This document shows positions 27,542-38,808 of a DNA stretch of 64,000 bases, piece by piece (position 1 is the first letter of the stretch; each line of letters starts with the position of its first letter). This stretch comes from Andalucia godoyi And28. Lineage: Eukaryota > Protista > Jakobida. The translations under genes were made by a program, and so were the position numbers. Below the pieces are notes generated by a model. That model had not been told where the DNA came from, did not search any database, and saw nothing but the letters and a program-made list of their open reading frames with translations. The stretch lies in assembly GCA_009859145.1 (NCBI GenBank), contig VRVR01000042.1, forward strand, positions 62,001 through 126,000. Reading direction: 5' to 3'.

Positions 27542-28801
27542 ATGAACAAGCCTCTGATGTCAGAATCCAGTGTACCAAAGGATCGAAGCGCAACTGCAGT
27601 AGGATCGAGCGCAGCTGCGTCCCCCACACTCCCTCCATCTCGAACACAGCCAAACAGTGGAAATCTCGGAACAGCTGCGGATCCACCGACACGAAAGCGA
27701 GACCGAGCGACACCGGCGTTTGCAAAGTCATCCTTCTTTTTGTTGTTTGCCATTGGTGTCATCCTGTGTATAGTCGCAAAATCCAATGCTTTTTCATTTC
27801 TGAGCAGCGTTCCTGCCATGGATTCGTGCAATGACGACGGTTGTCGTGGGTTATTTGCAGTGTTTCGCATATGTTGGGCAATGTTCATTTTCTTCGCAGT
27901 GCATTTGATTCTCACTCTCATGTTCAAAACGAGCCCAGAGTTCAAAGTCAGTGTCCAAAGGGACTGGTGGTTTTTCAAGATCATCTTCTTCTTTGGGTTG
28001 ATTGTCGCTGCGTTTTTCATCCGGAATGGCGTGTTTGTCGGATTTGCATATCTGTTCTTGATTCTCGGTGCTTTGTTTGTGGTGATGCAAGTTCTTATTC
28101 TTATTGACTTTGCCTATGACTGGAACGACTCGTGGGTGAAAAAAGAGAAGAATTCATATCTCGCAGGTCTTCTGGCGGTTTCTCTGCTCTTGTTTGTGGC
28201 GGGCCTGGTGGTTGTCGGTTTCATGTATTACTGGTTCACAACAGATGGAGCTTGCCACCTCAATAAGTTCTTCATCTCCATGACCTTGATTTTCGGAGTG
28301 GTTACCACAATATTGTCTCTTAGAGTCAAGCACGGAGCTCTGCTGCCTTGTGCGGTCGTGTTTGCTACCACAGTTTACTGGACGTGGTCTGCTATATTTT
28401 CTGAGCCTTCGTCTAGTGGCTGCAACTCGCTGCGAGGGTCTTCCAGATTTGAAACAGCGCAAATTGTTATTTCCGTCACTCTTGCGTGTTTGTCGATGGT
28501 TTACACAGTGATGAGAACCACTTCGCAAACGCAGGCGTTCTCCACCGAAAAGCCCGAGGAAGAGGAGCTCAAGAAGGAAAAATACTGGCTGTTTCATACG
28601 ATCATGGTCGTGGCCTCTGGCTACTGTTCAGCAGCATTTTCGAATTGGTCTTTTGACGGGTCGACAGACGTATCGTCCATTGATGAAGGTTGGGTGTCGA
28701 CGGGTATAAAGATTGCTGCTACGTGGCTGGCGGCGCTTCTTTATATCTGGTCATTGATTGCACCGTATGTCTTCAAGAATCGCGATTTTGGTTGGGACTA
28801 G
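27542..28801 (+). CDS. SERINC: Serine incorporator (SERINC/TMS1 family)
   Basis: AVFRICWAM..FF..H, QRDWWFFK, QVLILIDFAYDWNDSW, ALLPCAVV..T.VYWTWSAIFSEP, FHTIM..AS.Y....FSNW, KIAATW...LLYIWSLIAP. Start uncertain (27542 or 27557). Confidence 0.92.
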   Translation: MNKPLMSESSVPKDRSATAVGSSAAASPTLPPSRTQPNSGNLGTAADPPTRKRDRATPAFAKSSFFLLFAIGVILCIVAKSNAFSFLSSVPAMDSCNDDGCRGLFAVFRICWAMFIFFAVHLILTLMFKTSPEFKVSVQRDWWFFKIIFFFGLIVAAFFIRNGVFVGFAYLFLILGALFVVMQVLILIDFAYDWNDSWVKKEKNSYLAGLLAVSLLLFVAGLVVVGFMYYWFTTDGACHLNKFFISMTLIFGVVTTILSLRVKHGALLPCAVVFATTVYWTWSAIFSEPSSSGCNSLRGSSRFETAQIVISVTLACLSMVYTVMRTTSQTQAFSTEKPEEEELKKEKYWLFHTIMVVASGYCSAAFSNWSFDGSTDVSSIDEGWVSTGIKIAATWLAALLYIWSLIAPYVFKNRDFGWD

Positions 28802-28961
28802 ACTGATCAGCCAATTCGTGGACTACAATTTACTACAGATCGAATCCTGAACATTGTCCGACGGAGGATGTTGCAAGAAGGAGTGGGAGAGACAGAAACG
28901 AAATAAACAGCGAAATATTGATACAAGAAAAAAGAAAAGAAGAAGAAGAAGAAGAAGAAAA

Positions 28962-30842
28962 TTAAGGGGAAAGCTTCTTTTGCAAGTCCTTGGAAGGGCT
29001 TGAGTGGCGCATGACAAATGCTTCGCGCTTCGAGAAATCACGCTGCTTGGACCAAGCATCAGTCAACGTTTGAGTGGTCAGTTCCTTTTTCCTACGGACT
29101 TCTTCCCTCTCGGCTAACAATTCGCGACGAGCTCGTTCTGTCGCTTCTGCCTGGAACTTGCGCTCTGCTTCCATCTCCTGTCGCTTCAGGAGTTCGCGTT
29201 CAGACATTTGTTCGTCAAGACGATCACGGAAAGCAGCCTTGTTCCGGTGATCCTGCTCGCGGGTAAGGTAGGATTCTGGTCGAGGAAAGGGGGCATCCAC
29301 TGGAGCTCGAACAAAGTCAGTTTCGCGCTCTTTACGAGACTTTGCTTCCTCCATCTGTTTCTGCAGCATCCTTCGCATTTCGGCCATCTCCATGCGGTGT
29401 TCCTCTCTATGAATTTGCTCCAGTTTCTTGGCGTTGACCACTTGCGCATCAAACTCCAATTGCCGAGCATCCTCGGCAGACCGACGAACTTCGAGATCGC
29501 GGCGGTATCGATCAGCGGCATCTGCCATAGCATTTTGCAATCTCGCTCCTGGCGGCATGTTGATTGCATTGAAAGCAACATCAGGCGATGCCGTCAGAAA
29601 CTTGTAGGACTCTGGAGATGTTGGCATTGCACCCAGCGTCGCGTCCAACGAAGCATGTGGAGAATCAATATCTGCACGGTGAGATTGCACTAGGTTTTCA
29701 GCAGCATGCTGGACATCGAAGAGAGAATCGCGCGTGCCCTTGTATTTTGCATACCGTACGGCGCTGCGCCGCAGCTGTTCATTCTTCTCGATAATTTCTC
29801 GGCGCGGATCATCAGCAGCAAGTTCATCAATGTAAGAGACTTCCGGTTTTTTCAAAGGTCGCTGGTTCGCAATGTTTCCGCCGTCAAAAGCTCCTTCAAC
29901 CAACATGGAGTTGGAATGAGAAGTCGCGTCGCGATAGCCAAGGCGCGCAGGAACAGTCTTTGGGCTCAATGTGGCCGATTCTAATCCGAACAACACAGAA
30001 GGTGACATGGCAGAGGCCGACAATGGACGGTCGGCTGTTGCTGAAAAAGGCATCGGAGAAACAATTGACGGAGTGTTAAGACGGTTCGGCGACACTGGTC
30101 GGAACTTGGACGTCGGTGCTGAAAGCGTGCCATGGCTAGACGAGAGTGCTCGTGTCTCTTGTTCAATTTCTGTCAACGAACCCACAACATGTCCATTTTG
30201 CGCAACTGCAGGGGGTGCGGCTGGAGAGGCAGTTGAAGAGTGCTCAATCTTCATGACCTGCACATTTGAAGACTTGTGGTTCTTCGAAAAATGGAAGTGC
30301 AAAATCTTCTTGTCAGACAATAAGCGACCAAAACCAAAAGAGACATCCACGGCAAAACCAGTGCCAATGGCAACTCCCAGTTGATCCACGAGGTGCTTGA
30401 TAACATTCTGCACCCACTCCTTTCGCGCTTGCATATTCTGGACGATAATCGACACATTCACCTCCACTGTCGAGACCAACTGCCTGTTCGCAGACTTTTG
30501 CGAAGTTCTGATATCGTTTGCTCGAAGAAAGATGTCTGCAGGAACAAACATCGGAACATGAGTTTCTTGAACACCCAACGTACCCAAATCACGACGGTCC
30601 ACACGCAGCGTAAACTTCCCAAATCCAGCAATGCTCGTTCCTTTCAAGGCAGCATAGTTCTGGGAAATCTGATCACAGATTGCATTGAACACAGACTCGA
30701 TAAATGACAGCGGCAAAGGATGGTGAAGTCTGGACAAACGACGTTCACAGTCAGCAAGCAGCTGCCCAACAGCGTACGCTGACGAAGCGGATCGCGGTGG
30801 AGGGCTGCCCGGAGTTAAAGGCGTCTGTGGAATTGACGACAT
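28962..30842 (-). CDS. CCDC81-like protein (two HU-like domains plus coiled coil)
   Basis: VFNAI...ISQN....KGTSIAGFGKFT...PMFV....F and second repeat V.NVIK.LV..LG.AI......DVSFGFGRL, then a C-terminal E/R/Q coiled coil. Confidence 0.75.
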   Translation of the reverse strand: MSSIPQTPLTPGSPPPRSASSAYAVGQLLADCERRLSRLHHPLPLSFIESVFNAICDQISQNYAALKGTSIAGFGKFTLRVDRRDLGTLGVQETHVPMFVPADIFLRANDIRTSQKSANRQLVSTVEVNVSIIVQNMQARKEWVQNVIKHLVDQLGVAIGTGFAVDVSFGFGRLLSDKKILHFHFSKNHKSSNVQVMKIEHSSTASPAAPPAVAQNGHVVGSLTEIEQETRALSSSHGTLSAPTSKFRPVSPNRLNTPSIVSPMPFSATADRPLSASAMSPSVLFGLESATLSPKTVPARLGYRDATSHSNSMLVEGAFDGGNIANQRPLKKPEVSYIDELAADDPRREIIEKNEQLRRSAVRYAKYKGTRDSLFDVQHAAENLVQSHRADIDSPHASLDATLGAMPTSPESYKFLTASPDVAFNAINMPPGARLQNAMADAADRYRRDLEVRRSAEDARQLEFDAQVVNAKKLEQIHREEHRMEMAEMRRMLQKQMEEAKSRKERETDFVRAPVDAPFPRPESYLTREQDHRNKAAFRDRLDEQMSERELLKRQEMEAERKFQAEATERARRELLAEREEVRRKKELTTQTLTDAWSKQRDFSKREAFVMRHSSPSKDLQKKLSP

Positions 30843-31115
30843 GAAGAAATTCGAAGTTCTAAACGGGCGGTCTTCCGAATAGAAAACGGAGAAAGGGCGA
30901 AAGATCAGAAGACGTGAAGAAATCAACAACCAACAAGAAAATTGACAACCCCCGAAAAGGCATTCTGGTACGGATTTACGGAATTCGACGGTTGCATTGA
31001 GGAATGACAGGGCTGACAGAGAGACTGACTGCCACACGGCGGAGCACTCAACTAGGTTCAGAACTCAATTTGCATTGCATTGTTGCGAACCGGAAGTTGC
31101 GGAAGTTTCGTTTCG

Positions 31116-31150
31116 TTTGGTTTGGTTTGGTTTGGTTTGGTTTGGTTTGG
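31116..31150 (+). repeat. (TTTGG)7 microsatellite
   Basis: Seven perfect pentamer units seen directly. Confidence 0.9.
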
Positions 31151-31198
31151 TTGGGGGGGACAACAAACGACATCGACCACATCTTCGAAAAATGTTTA

Positions 31199-32257
31199 CT
31201 ATGTCAGATGAATGCGCAAACCAGCTGCCGTGAGCTTCCCACTTTCATAACGATTGCACACATGCTGTCCGACTCGCGCCCACTGCTCATGCGAGACAAG
31301 ACCTTCCTGCACCACATCGACATCAAGATCGCTGAGATCCCCGGATTCCAAATCCTGTCTTCTAGATTCAATCTCGCGATCAATGAATTTTCTGCAGGAT
31401 CGGGCCAAGCGACTTAGACAGAGCAACTCGTTCACTTCCTTCGCTTTCTCCGCAGATTCTGGAGAATCCGGTGGAATGCATAGCCCACCGTCTGGAAAAC
31501 AAGAAGCGGTGGTGGATGCGCTGGAAGGACCTGCCGAATGAAGCGCGGGAGAGTGCGCATCGCCATTCTCAATCTGCTGTGCTGACAGTGTCTCGACAGC
31601 TGCAGCAACCGCGTCGAGACCATGAAACAGATCCTCCATTGCGTTTTTCTTCTTTGGCAGTTTGTTTTTCCTTGAATTTGGGTGTTTGGGTACTGATGGA
31701 CGTGGAATGGCAGAAATGAACGGAGGCACTGGCTCCGTAGGCATCGGGAAATCGTCGACTACTAGCGAATCCTCCTTGACTGGGGGACCGGTTGCGACGG
31801 ACACGGCATCTGCCTCACCCCAGTCCGGAATTCCATTATGAGCCACAGTTGCTCTTCGGACGTTGGCCTCAAAATAAAATAGTTCTTCAGAAGGTATTGT
31901 CCAGCCATTTCGTTGCACCTGAGCAGTAATCATAGCGAAAATACTGCGCACATGCTGGTATCTCTGCACAGCATTGTCACCGAATATCCGAGAATGTGAT
32001 TTTCCAGGGACGTACCATTTCCCAAGTCCAGAACGTCTATAGATCACTCCATCTCGGGTGATAAATATCCATCCCTTTGGACGTTCTGCCTCCAGCCAGC
32101 CTGGAAGAACAACTGGATCCGTCGTTATCACTCGCCTGTACAGTCTATTTTCCGGAGTATTCAAAAAGGTTCCAGCAGGGGAAGCAGCGCATTGATCATC
32201 AACCAGGTCGTCATTCCCTGCCTGAAGGAGTGAATTCGGCTTCCACTCCCGATGCAT
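31199..32257 (-). CDS. Hypothetical protein
   Basis: 352-codon ORF with protein-like composition. No family recognised; the ends may be spliced. Confidence 0.55.
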   Translation of the reverse strand: MHREWKPNSLLQAGNDDLVDDQCAASPAGTFLNTPENRLYRRVITTDPVVLPGWLEAERPKGWIFITRDGVIYRRSGLGKWYVPGKSHSRIFGDNAVQRYQHVRSIFAMITAQVQRNGWTIPSEELFYFEANVRRATVAHNGIPDWGEADAVSVATGPPVKEDSLVVDDFPMPTEPVPPFISAIPRPSVPKHPNSRKNKLPKKKNAMEDLFHGLDAVAAAVETLSAQQIENGDAHSPALHSAGPSSASTTASCFPDGGLCIPPDSPESAEKAKEVNELLCLSRLARSCRKFIDREIESRRQDLESGDLSDLDVDVVQEGLVSHEQWARVGQHVCNRYESGKLTAAGLRIHLT

Positions 32258-32698
32258 GTAGGCTGCGCTGAGGTACCTGCCGTGCGTCCACGCTTAGCAG
32301 AAAAAACAACGCTGGTTTCCAAAGAACGTCAGGACGTTCGCAGGGCTTCCTTTACAGCTGGCCGGAAAGGAGGGCCAGCTGCCGTTGGGCAGGTTGCATC
32401 AAGCATCACGTTCGCCGGATCAGCTCAGGAAAAAAAAAACGCCAATAAACGGTGGAAGCTTTCACAGACAGAGGAATTCCCCAGGAATTCTTGACCACGG
32501 ATGGAGTGTACGGGGTAAGTGTACGCGGAGAATATCGCTGTTCCGTGGCCTCGAAGATTTGACCTTGGCGCACCCCAACGCCACCGTTGTTTCTCCTGCT
32601 CTTCACTTCTCTTGTTCATTTGCTTTTTCTTTCTGTTCTCTCTTTTTCTCTTTTCCGTTTTCCTCATTTCTTCGTTTCTCTTCTCACATTTCCAAACA

Positions 32699-33712
32699 AT
32701 GAAGGTCCTGTTCATCGCCTGCGTTGCGGCTCTCATTGCCTGCGCCGTTGCCTCCTCGCTCTCCGACCATGAGGCCGAGTTCCTGTTCAACCAGTGGGCT
32801 GCCAAGCACAGCAAGGAGTACAAGTCCTTGTCTGAGCGTGCATACCGCCAGCGGGTTTTCCGTAAGAACATGGATTTCATCGTTTCCGAGAATGCCAAGG
32901 GTAACTCGTACTCTCTTGCCATGAACGAGTTCGGTGACATGACCAACGTCGAGTTCCGCGCCAAGTTCACTGCACCCCTCAAGAACACCCCCAACATGTT
33001 TGCCAACGCCGCTGGACTCCACAAGTACAACGGAGAGGCGCTCCCGACTTCTGTTGACTGGGTTGCAGCCGGAAAGGTCAACCCCGTCAAGAACCAGCAG
33101 CAGTGCGGATCCTGCTGGGCGTTCTCTGCAACTTGCGCCATCGAGTCTGCGTGGGCCATTGCCAAGAACCAGCTTGTCTCGCTCTCTGAGCAGCAGCTTG
33201 TCGACTGCTCTGCAAAGTACGGTAACTCTGGATGCGAAGGTGGACTTATGTCTCAGGCTTTCGAGTACGTCATTGCAAATGGAGGACAGGACAAGGAGTC
33301 CACTTATCCGTACAGAGCCACTGACGGATCTTGCAAGTTCAAGTCGGCCAACATCGGAGCCAAGATCACTTCGTATGTTAACGTCACTGCAAACTCGAAT
33401 GCTGACATGATGTCCGCTGTTGCAAAGGGACCCGTTTCCATTGCCATCTATGCTGCTGGAACTTCTTTCCAGTTCTACTCGGAGGGTGTCTACTCGGACC
33501 CGTCGTGCTTGGAAGACATTTCCGACCTTGATCACGGAGTTGTTGTTGTTGGATATGGTCTTTCGGACAACAACAAGCCGTACTGGAAGGTTCGTAACTC
33601 CTGGGGTCAGTCTTGGGGACAGTCTGGATATATCTATATGGCCCGTGGTACTGGAGCATCTGACTCCAACACCTGCGGACTCCTTGATATTCCGTCCTAC
33701 CCTGTCGTTTAA
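32699..33712 (+). CDS. Cathepsin L-like cysteine protease (papain family C1A) preproenzyme
   Basis: Signal peptide, ERFNIN-like prodomain (E...R..VF..N...I), MNEFGDMT, QQQCGSCWAF, LDHGV, VRNSWG. Strong codon bias. Confidence 0.97.
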   Translation: MKVLFIACVAALIACAVASSLSDHEAEFLFNQWAAKHSKEYKSLSERAYRQRVFRKNMDFIVSENAKGNSYSLAMNEFGDMTNVEFRAKFTAPLKNTPNMFANAAGLHKYNGEALPTSVDWVAAGKVNPVKNQQQCGSCWAFSATCAIESAWAIAKNQLVSLSEQQLVDCSAKYGNSGCEGGLMSQAFEYVIANGGQDKESTYPYRATDGSCKFKSANIGAKITSYVNVTANSNADMMSAVAKGPVSIAIYAAGTSFQFYSEGVYSDPSCLEDISDLDHGVVVVGYGLSDNNKPYWKVRNSWGQSWGQSGYIYMARGTGASDSNTCGLLDIPSYPVV

Positions 33713-36402
33713 GTTTGGAATGTCTGTTCCGTCCGTTGAATCGGCGTAAATTTGCTCGACTATATATCCACCCTTACTTTTCCTGATTATTTAATTATTA
33801 TTATTGTTCTTTTTGATAAAAACAATATTCTCTTATTCTTACAAATTTGCTGCGCAATCGGTGTCGTCAAGACCGAAAAGTCATAAAAAGTGTAAGACAA
33901 GAACAGGCGCAGTCCACTTGCACGGCGTTTCAAAGCGATTTGAGCCATTTGAGAGAGACACACATGCACATGATCCAGATCAATACCCGACCGATACACA
34001 GCATCGCAAACGCAACGGAGCAGGGTACACGCGCTCAGCACAGGACGGGTGTGAACCACAGAGGAGCGCGAAACGCTGAGAATGCACGTCTGGCATTCCG
34101 GGCAAGATACAGACATCATAGAGCATACAGATGAACTCGAGAGTTTAGACATGGAGGTGGGGGGTGGGAGCAATATGTCATTCCAAAAAACAATCGGAAG
34201 ACATAAAACGGCCCAATAACTGTCCATTTTGAAAGCATGATTTGCTGAACATCGGTTTTCATCCGTTTGAGCTGTCTCAGATAATTGGAGGAGATACTAA
34301 ATCTGCCTTTGCCGCAAGAAACTCGCTGGTGAATACCGAGGAACACCTATGCTGAATCACCGTCCGCAAGGTCGTTCAGAGACAACCGGAGCTCGGGAAT
34401 ACCGGCCAATCTAAAAGAGGTCGCAACAGGGCATTCCAGGCACACACATGCACTCCTGGCAGCTGCGTGGTCCTCGAAGGGAACCTCATTGACAAGAATG
34501 TGCAACAGCAAATCGGGAAGCGATTAAAAATCACGAAACTAGTCTGCAAACGCGGATCGGAGAACACCATCTGGAAGCTGCAGCGGTGGTTCTGTTCAAA
34601 ACGTCGGTAACTGAAGGTGTACGAAAACTGACACATTGTACTTGCGACTGCTGCAAACCGCAATAAGTGCATCTGCTCTTCTAAACCATGCTGCCGACGG
34701 ACTGCGGTGGGTAGATTTGTCAGAAAGCTTGTCAGAGGGAAGCAATGAATTGACGTTCTCTTGAAACCCCCGGGACTGTCTGCAACTGTGGCGTGCAAGG
34801 AACACTCTTAAAAATCAGCATAAGGCTGTCGACGATTCTTGCCTTGTTAGAATAACTCAGTACAGTCTTATATCCAAATCTGTCAGATATTAGTGCATTT
34901 AGCTTTACGTCGCAAATTTTCCCTGCGGTGTTTGGCAAATGGTTACAGGAATATGTTAGGTATCAAATGGAAAAACATTCTCATATCATGGGTGATTACC
35001 TTTCAGGATGAAACAAACCAGATCCCAGGTTGATTACGCAAAAACACCTCCGGAAAGAAATAAAATGTAAAGCAAAGTGCTTTCCTATCCTGAAAGAAAT
35101 AGCTGCAACGCAGACATCACATGGACATATTCTGACAGGTTGCAGGTAACTCACCGAACAGAGAGCGTCTTGACCACCGTTCGTGGATCAGTAAGATTTG
35201 AATGCGAGTCTGTGGCTTCTGACATGGCGATTCTCCAAAACTACTCTCTTGTCGCCTCTCCGTCTCACAACCTCATCAGTTGAAAAATTGGTAAGCTTAC
35301 TTTATCCAGTGTTATCCATCGTCCGGCGGAGTCTCCGAACAAACATCCTCAGTGGTCTCCACTTGTCACGAATTGTCTGATTATTCAGAAAAGATATCGT
35401 TTGCATTCATCTGCGATGTATGGTATTTGAGTCATCATGCTGTTTTGCACAAAGAGAGCGCAAGCGCCGGGTTCCACACCTCTAGCTTTCGTCGAGCTGC
35501 TCGCTGAGTGTGCAATTCTGAATGTGTGTTTCCGCATGAATCTGAGCTGTTCACTCTTTTTGCGTGAAGAGAGTTTTGTCTTCTTGTGGAACACCACCAG
35601 CCAAAATCTCGTCACTGCGTGCCTGTTGTGCCGCGTAATCAGCATTTCTTGATTTCTGCTTCTTTCGGATTCCCCCCTTTTTAGGAATTGTTTCGTGATC
35701 ATGTTCGAGTTTCATTTTCCCGCCGGCATCTGAAGTCCAGCCTCCAGCCAGTCAGTTTCTCTTGGTGGTAATGCACGTTGAGGCACTCCACGGCTGAGTA
35801 TTCGATCTTCTGCTACAGAAAGACGTGTCGTGTTTTTAATGCTTCTGGACTACTCTTCATCTGTCCTTCTCATTCCTTTTCCTTTCGGTTTCTCCTTTGA
35901 ACGTCATTGTTTTTGGCTTTACAATGTTGTTTTCTCCCGCCCCCATCATGTACTGTTTTGCATTGATATGCCGAAAATCTCGAATGTCGCGCCTTGAACG
36001 TTGCAGCTCATGCATGGAGGGAAGTGACTCAGGCGCTGCCCGTTCCTAACCAATCGTTTGTGCACGATGTCGCGGTTTTTTGTTTGTTGACGAAGCATTG
36101 CGCAATGTTTCTCTCGTTTGCAGAAAATCAGGATGGGCAGTTCTCTTTTGGGTGTTATTACCACTTCCGGAGTTCGTCAGTTCTGTAATGGAGGGGGGGG
36201 GGGGTGTTCCGGTTCGATGTGTTGTTGTTCTTTGGGGGTTTTTGCGAATCGGATGTCCGTCCCTGCCGTACTTGTCAACCCGTTGTCGACATGTGTCTAT
36301 CTGTGATTCTCTTCATTTCTTTTTGAGCCAACAAAAAATAAATAAATCACAGCCAGGTTTGTGGAAATAGATCGGCTTTCTCACAAGCAAGGTTGGCAAC
36401 GC

Positions 36403-38274
36403 ATGTCTCGGTCTTCGCTGAGTGATTTCGAAATCCTTCGAGAAATAGGCCGTGGATCGTATGGTGTTGTTTTCAAGGTGCGGAGGAAAACAGACGGGCT
36501 GATCTATGTTATCAAACAGATCAACATTTCACAGTTGTCTGAAAAAGAGCAGCACGATGCCGTGTCCGAGGTGAAGATTCTGGGGTCCATTTCGTCCCCA
36601 CATGTCGTTAGATACTATGATTCGTTTATCGACGATGGGAAACTGAATATTGTGATGGAAATCGCAGAACACGGCTCTCTACATGATTTGATCCGTCGAT
36701 CTCAAGGCAAAAAGCTGTTGGAGAACACTATCTGGAATTTTTCGATCCAGATCTGCATCGGGCTCTACCACATCCATACTAGCAAAGTTCTCCACAGAGA
36801 CATCAAGTCAATGAACATATTTCTGGATTCGAAAGACCAAGTGAAGATCGGTGACTTTGGTGTAGCAAAAGTGTTGGAAACAACTTCCCATATGGCCGAC
36901 ACACTCGTCGGCACTCCGTACTATCTTTCTCCCGAGCTGTGCGAGAACAAGCCGTACAATTCCAAGTCCGATGTGTGGGCGTTGGGTTGCATCCTATATG
37001 AACTTACAACCCTCAAGCATCCTTTCGATGCTGCTAATCAAGGGGCCTTGATTTTGAAAATTGTCCGTGGAAAGTATCCTCCCATTCCGTCTGTGTACAG
37101 TGCGGAGCTTCGAGAACTGGTGGACATTTGTCTTTCCAGAAATGTGGCCAAGCGGCCGACCGTGGAGGAGATTCTGCGCAAACCTTCTGTCATTGCTAAA
37201 GCAAGGGCTCTCAAGATATCGACGTTTCCATCCGAATTACTGACCCGGAATTCAGCGCCACCGAGTTCATCAAGACTTGAGGGATATGATGCAAAGGTCG
37301 ATACTGGTGCTAGCGGACCTCGCGATAATGTGAACAATGACCGTCCACCTCGTCCAGCATCGGCCTCCAGACGACTGCCACCAGGGTCGATTTCGCATCA
37401 ACCACGAGTGCGGGCGCGCCCCGGTTTGCGAACCACGCAGATGTCGCCTCCGGCAAGAGCTCCGGTTCCAGTTCATATGCCGCCAGCACCAAGTGCTGTG
37501 CTGCCACCCTCTGCTTCCTCCTCCAATGTGCCTGTTGTCGCCGTACCTCCTGCTGGACACAAAGTGTATCGAGAAGATTCATCCGTTTCGAACATCAGCG
37601 GTTGTTCCACACAGAGAAACCGGGTGAGCATCCGCGATCTCCAGCGCGAAGAAGCGAGATTTCAAGACATTGCGGACGTTGGTCGCCTTCCGGATATTCC
37701 TCATGGAAAGGTAGCATCCGTTACAAACAATGCACTGGAAAGTGAGAAGTCGGACAGCGATTCTTTTGTAGAACTCTCTGACGATGACGTGGAAATCTAC
37801 GAACCTCCTTCAGATGGAATTGAAGGCCAAGTAATTGAAGGGGAGGATGTGAAATGGAACGTATCAGAAGATCCTAGTCATTTTGGGGCACTCGAGCGAA
37901 AGCGACTGAGGGAGATCAACGCACTTCTGGATAGGTGTTCGGAATTGCGAGGGACGTTAGAAGAATCGCTTCTCCTGTGCCAAAAGCGGATCGGGGTGGC
38001 GAAGACGAAGGAAGTGTTGGATTTTTTGCGCAGCATTGCCGATGAAAACGATGCTAATGACGATCTGCAGCTGGACGAGGAAGCTCTCGAGCGACGAGAG
38101 AGGGCTAAAGCCGAAGAGGTGCATCGTTTTGTATTTGGCCGTATCGCTTTTACAGATGCAGATCTTATTACCATGTTCTACAAAGTACTGTATTGCGAGA
38201 ATGAGATGCGGGACACTGAGTGTCAGATTACAAATTTAATACCTTCCAACGCAAGTCTCTCCAAAGTCTTATAG
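36403..38274 (+). CDS. NIMA-related (NEK) Ser/Thr kinase
   Basis: IGRGSYGVV, VIKQI, HRDIKSMNIFL, DFGVAK, GTPYYLSPELCENKPYNSKSDVWALGC, with a C-terminal coiled region. Confidence 0.95.
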   Translation: MSRSSLSDFEILREIGRGSYGVVFKVRRKTDGLIYVIKQINISQLSEKEQHDAVSEVKILGSISSPHVVRYYDSFIDDGKLNIVMEIAEHGSLHDLIRRSQGKKLLENTIWNFSIQICIGLYHIHTSKVLHRDIKSMNIFLDSKDQVKIGDFGVAKVLETTSHMADTLVGTPYYLSPELCENKPYNSKSDVWALGCILYELTTLKHPFDAANQGALILKIVRGKYPPIPSVYSAELRELVDICLSRNVAKRPTVEEILRKPSVIAKARALKISTFPSELLTRNSAPPSSSRLEGYDAKVDTGASGPRDNVNNDRPPRPASASRRLPPGSISHQPRVRARPGLRTTQMSPPARAPVPVHMPPAPSAVLPPSASSSNVPVVAVPPAGHKVYREDSSVSNISGCSTQRNRVSIRDLQREEARFQDIADVGRLPDIPHGKVASVTNNALESEKSDSDSFVELSDDDVEIYEPPSDGIEGQVIEGEDVKWNVSEDPSHFGALERKRLREINALLDRCSELRGTLEESLLLCQKRIGVAKTKEVLDFLRSIADENDANDDLQLDEEALERRERAKAEEVHRFVFGRIAFTDADLITMFYKVLYCENEMRDTECQITNLIPSNASLSKVL

Positions 38275-38808
38275 CATGAGGAACAGCAATGTGGCAGTCA
38301 GCTTGTGACTTTTTTTTTGGTGTCAAAACTTTTGTTCTGAAAAGTCGTTGGAATCTTGCTCCTCACGGTTCACAGACTGCACAAATTCGGTGTGTGTGCG
38401 TGCATTCAGGTCATTTTTTGAGCACCGGGTGCTGTCGCTAACGTGAGATCCACGCACGCCACCTCTGTGCGTTGACATTTTTATTTCCAATGGACGTAAC
38501 TGGAGTCCGCGGAAGTCCTGAGACTATCTTGAATGTGGGGGGTCGTCATCGGGGGATGGGGAAACGATAAATCCCCTGTTTCCTTGCAGATGATTCCGAG
38601 CCTTGAGATGCTCCGACGCAATAAAGTATTAATGCAGCCAATCATAGCGCACACCCCGTTGTCGATGGCGACTTTACAGTTTTGTGGCTTGAGTCCGCTG
38701 TGTGCTTTTCCTTTATGAAAATCCATCTCTTGAAAATCCGGAATCGCTCTGCGCTGTGCAATTCTTGTTGTGAATTTCTATCTCGTTCCTTGCGAGAATT
38801 TCTTCATT

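Noticed and set aside
32255-32268. catgtaggctgcg resembling the Fanzor right-end motif
   Set aside because: Isolated 8-nt match overlapping an ORF start, with none of the upstream scaffold.
32425-33535. Long minus-strand ORFs (246 and 283 aa) over cathepsin L
   Set aside because: Antisense shadows of a strongly codon-biased gene. The same applies to 8551-9570, 27334-28020, 49764-50345 and 60555-61196.
38480-38740. Possible fifth Fanzor relic (minus-strand KARNHL and ccccatcccc)
   Set aside because: No DRD, Zn-finger cysteines or right-end motif; similarity is at chance level. The region remains unexplained.
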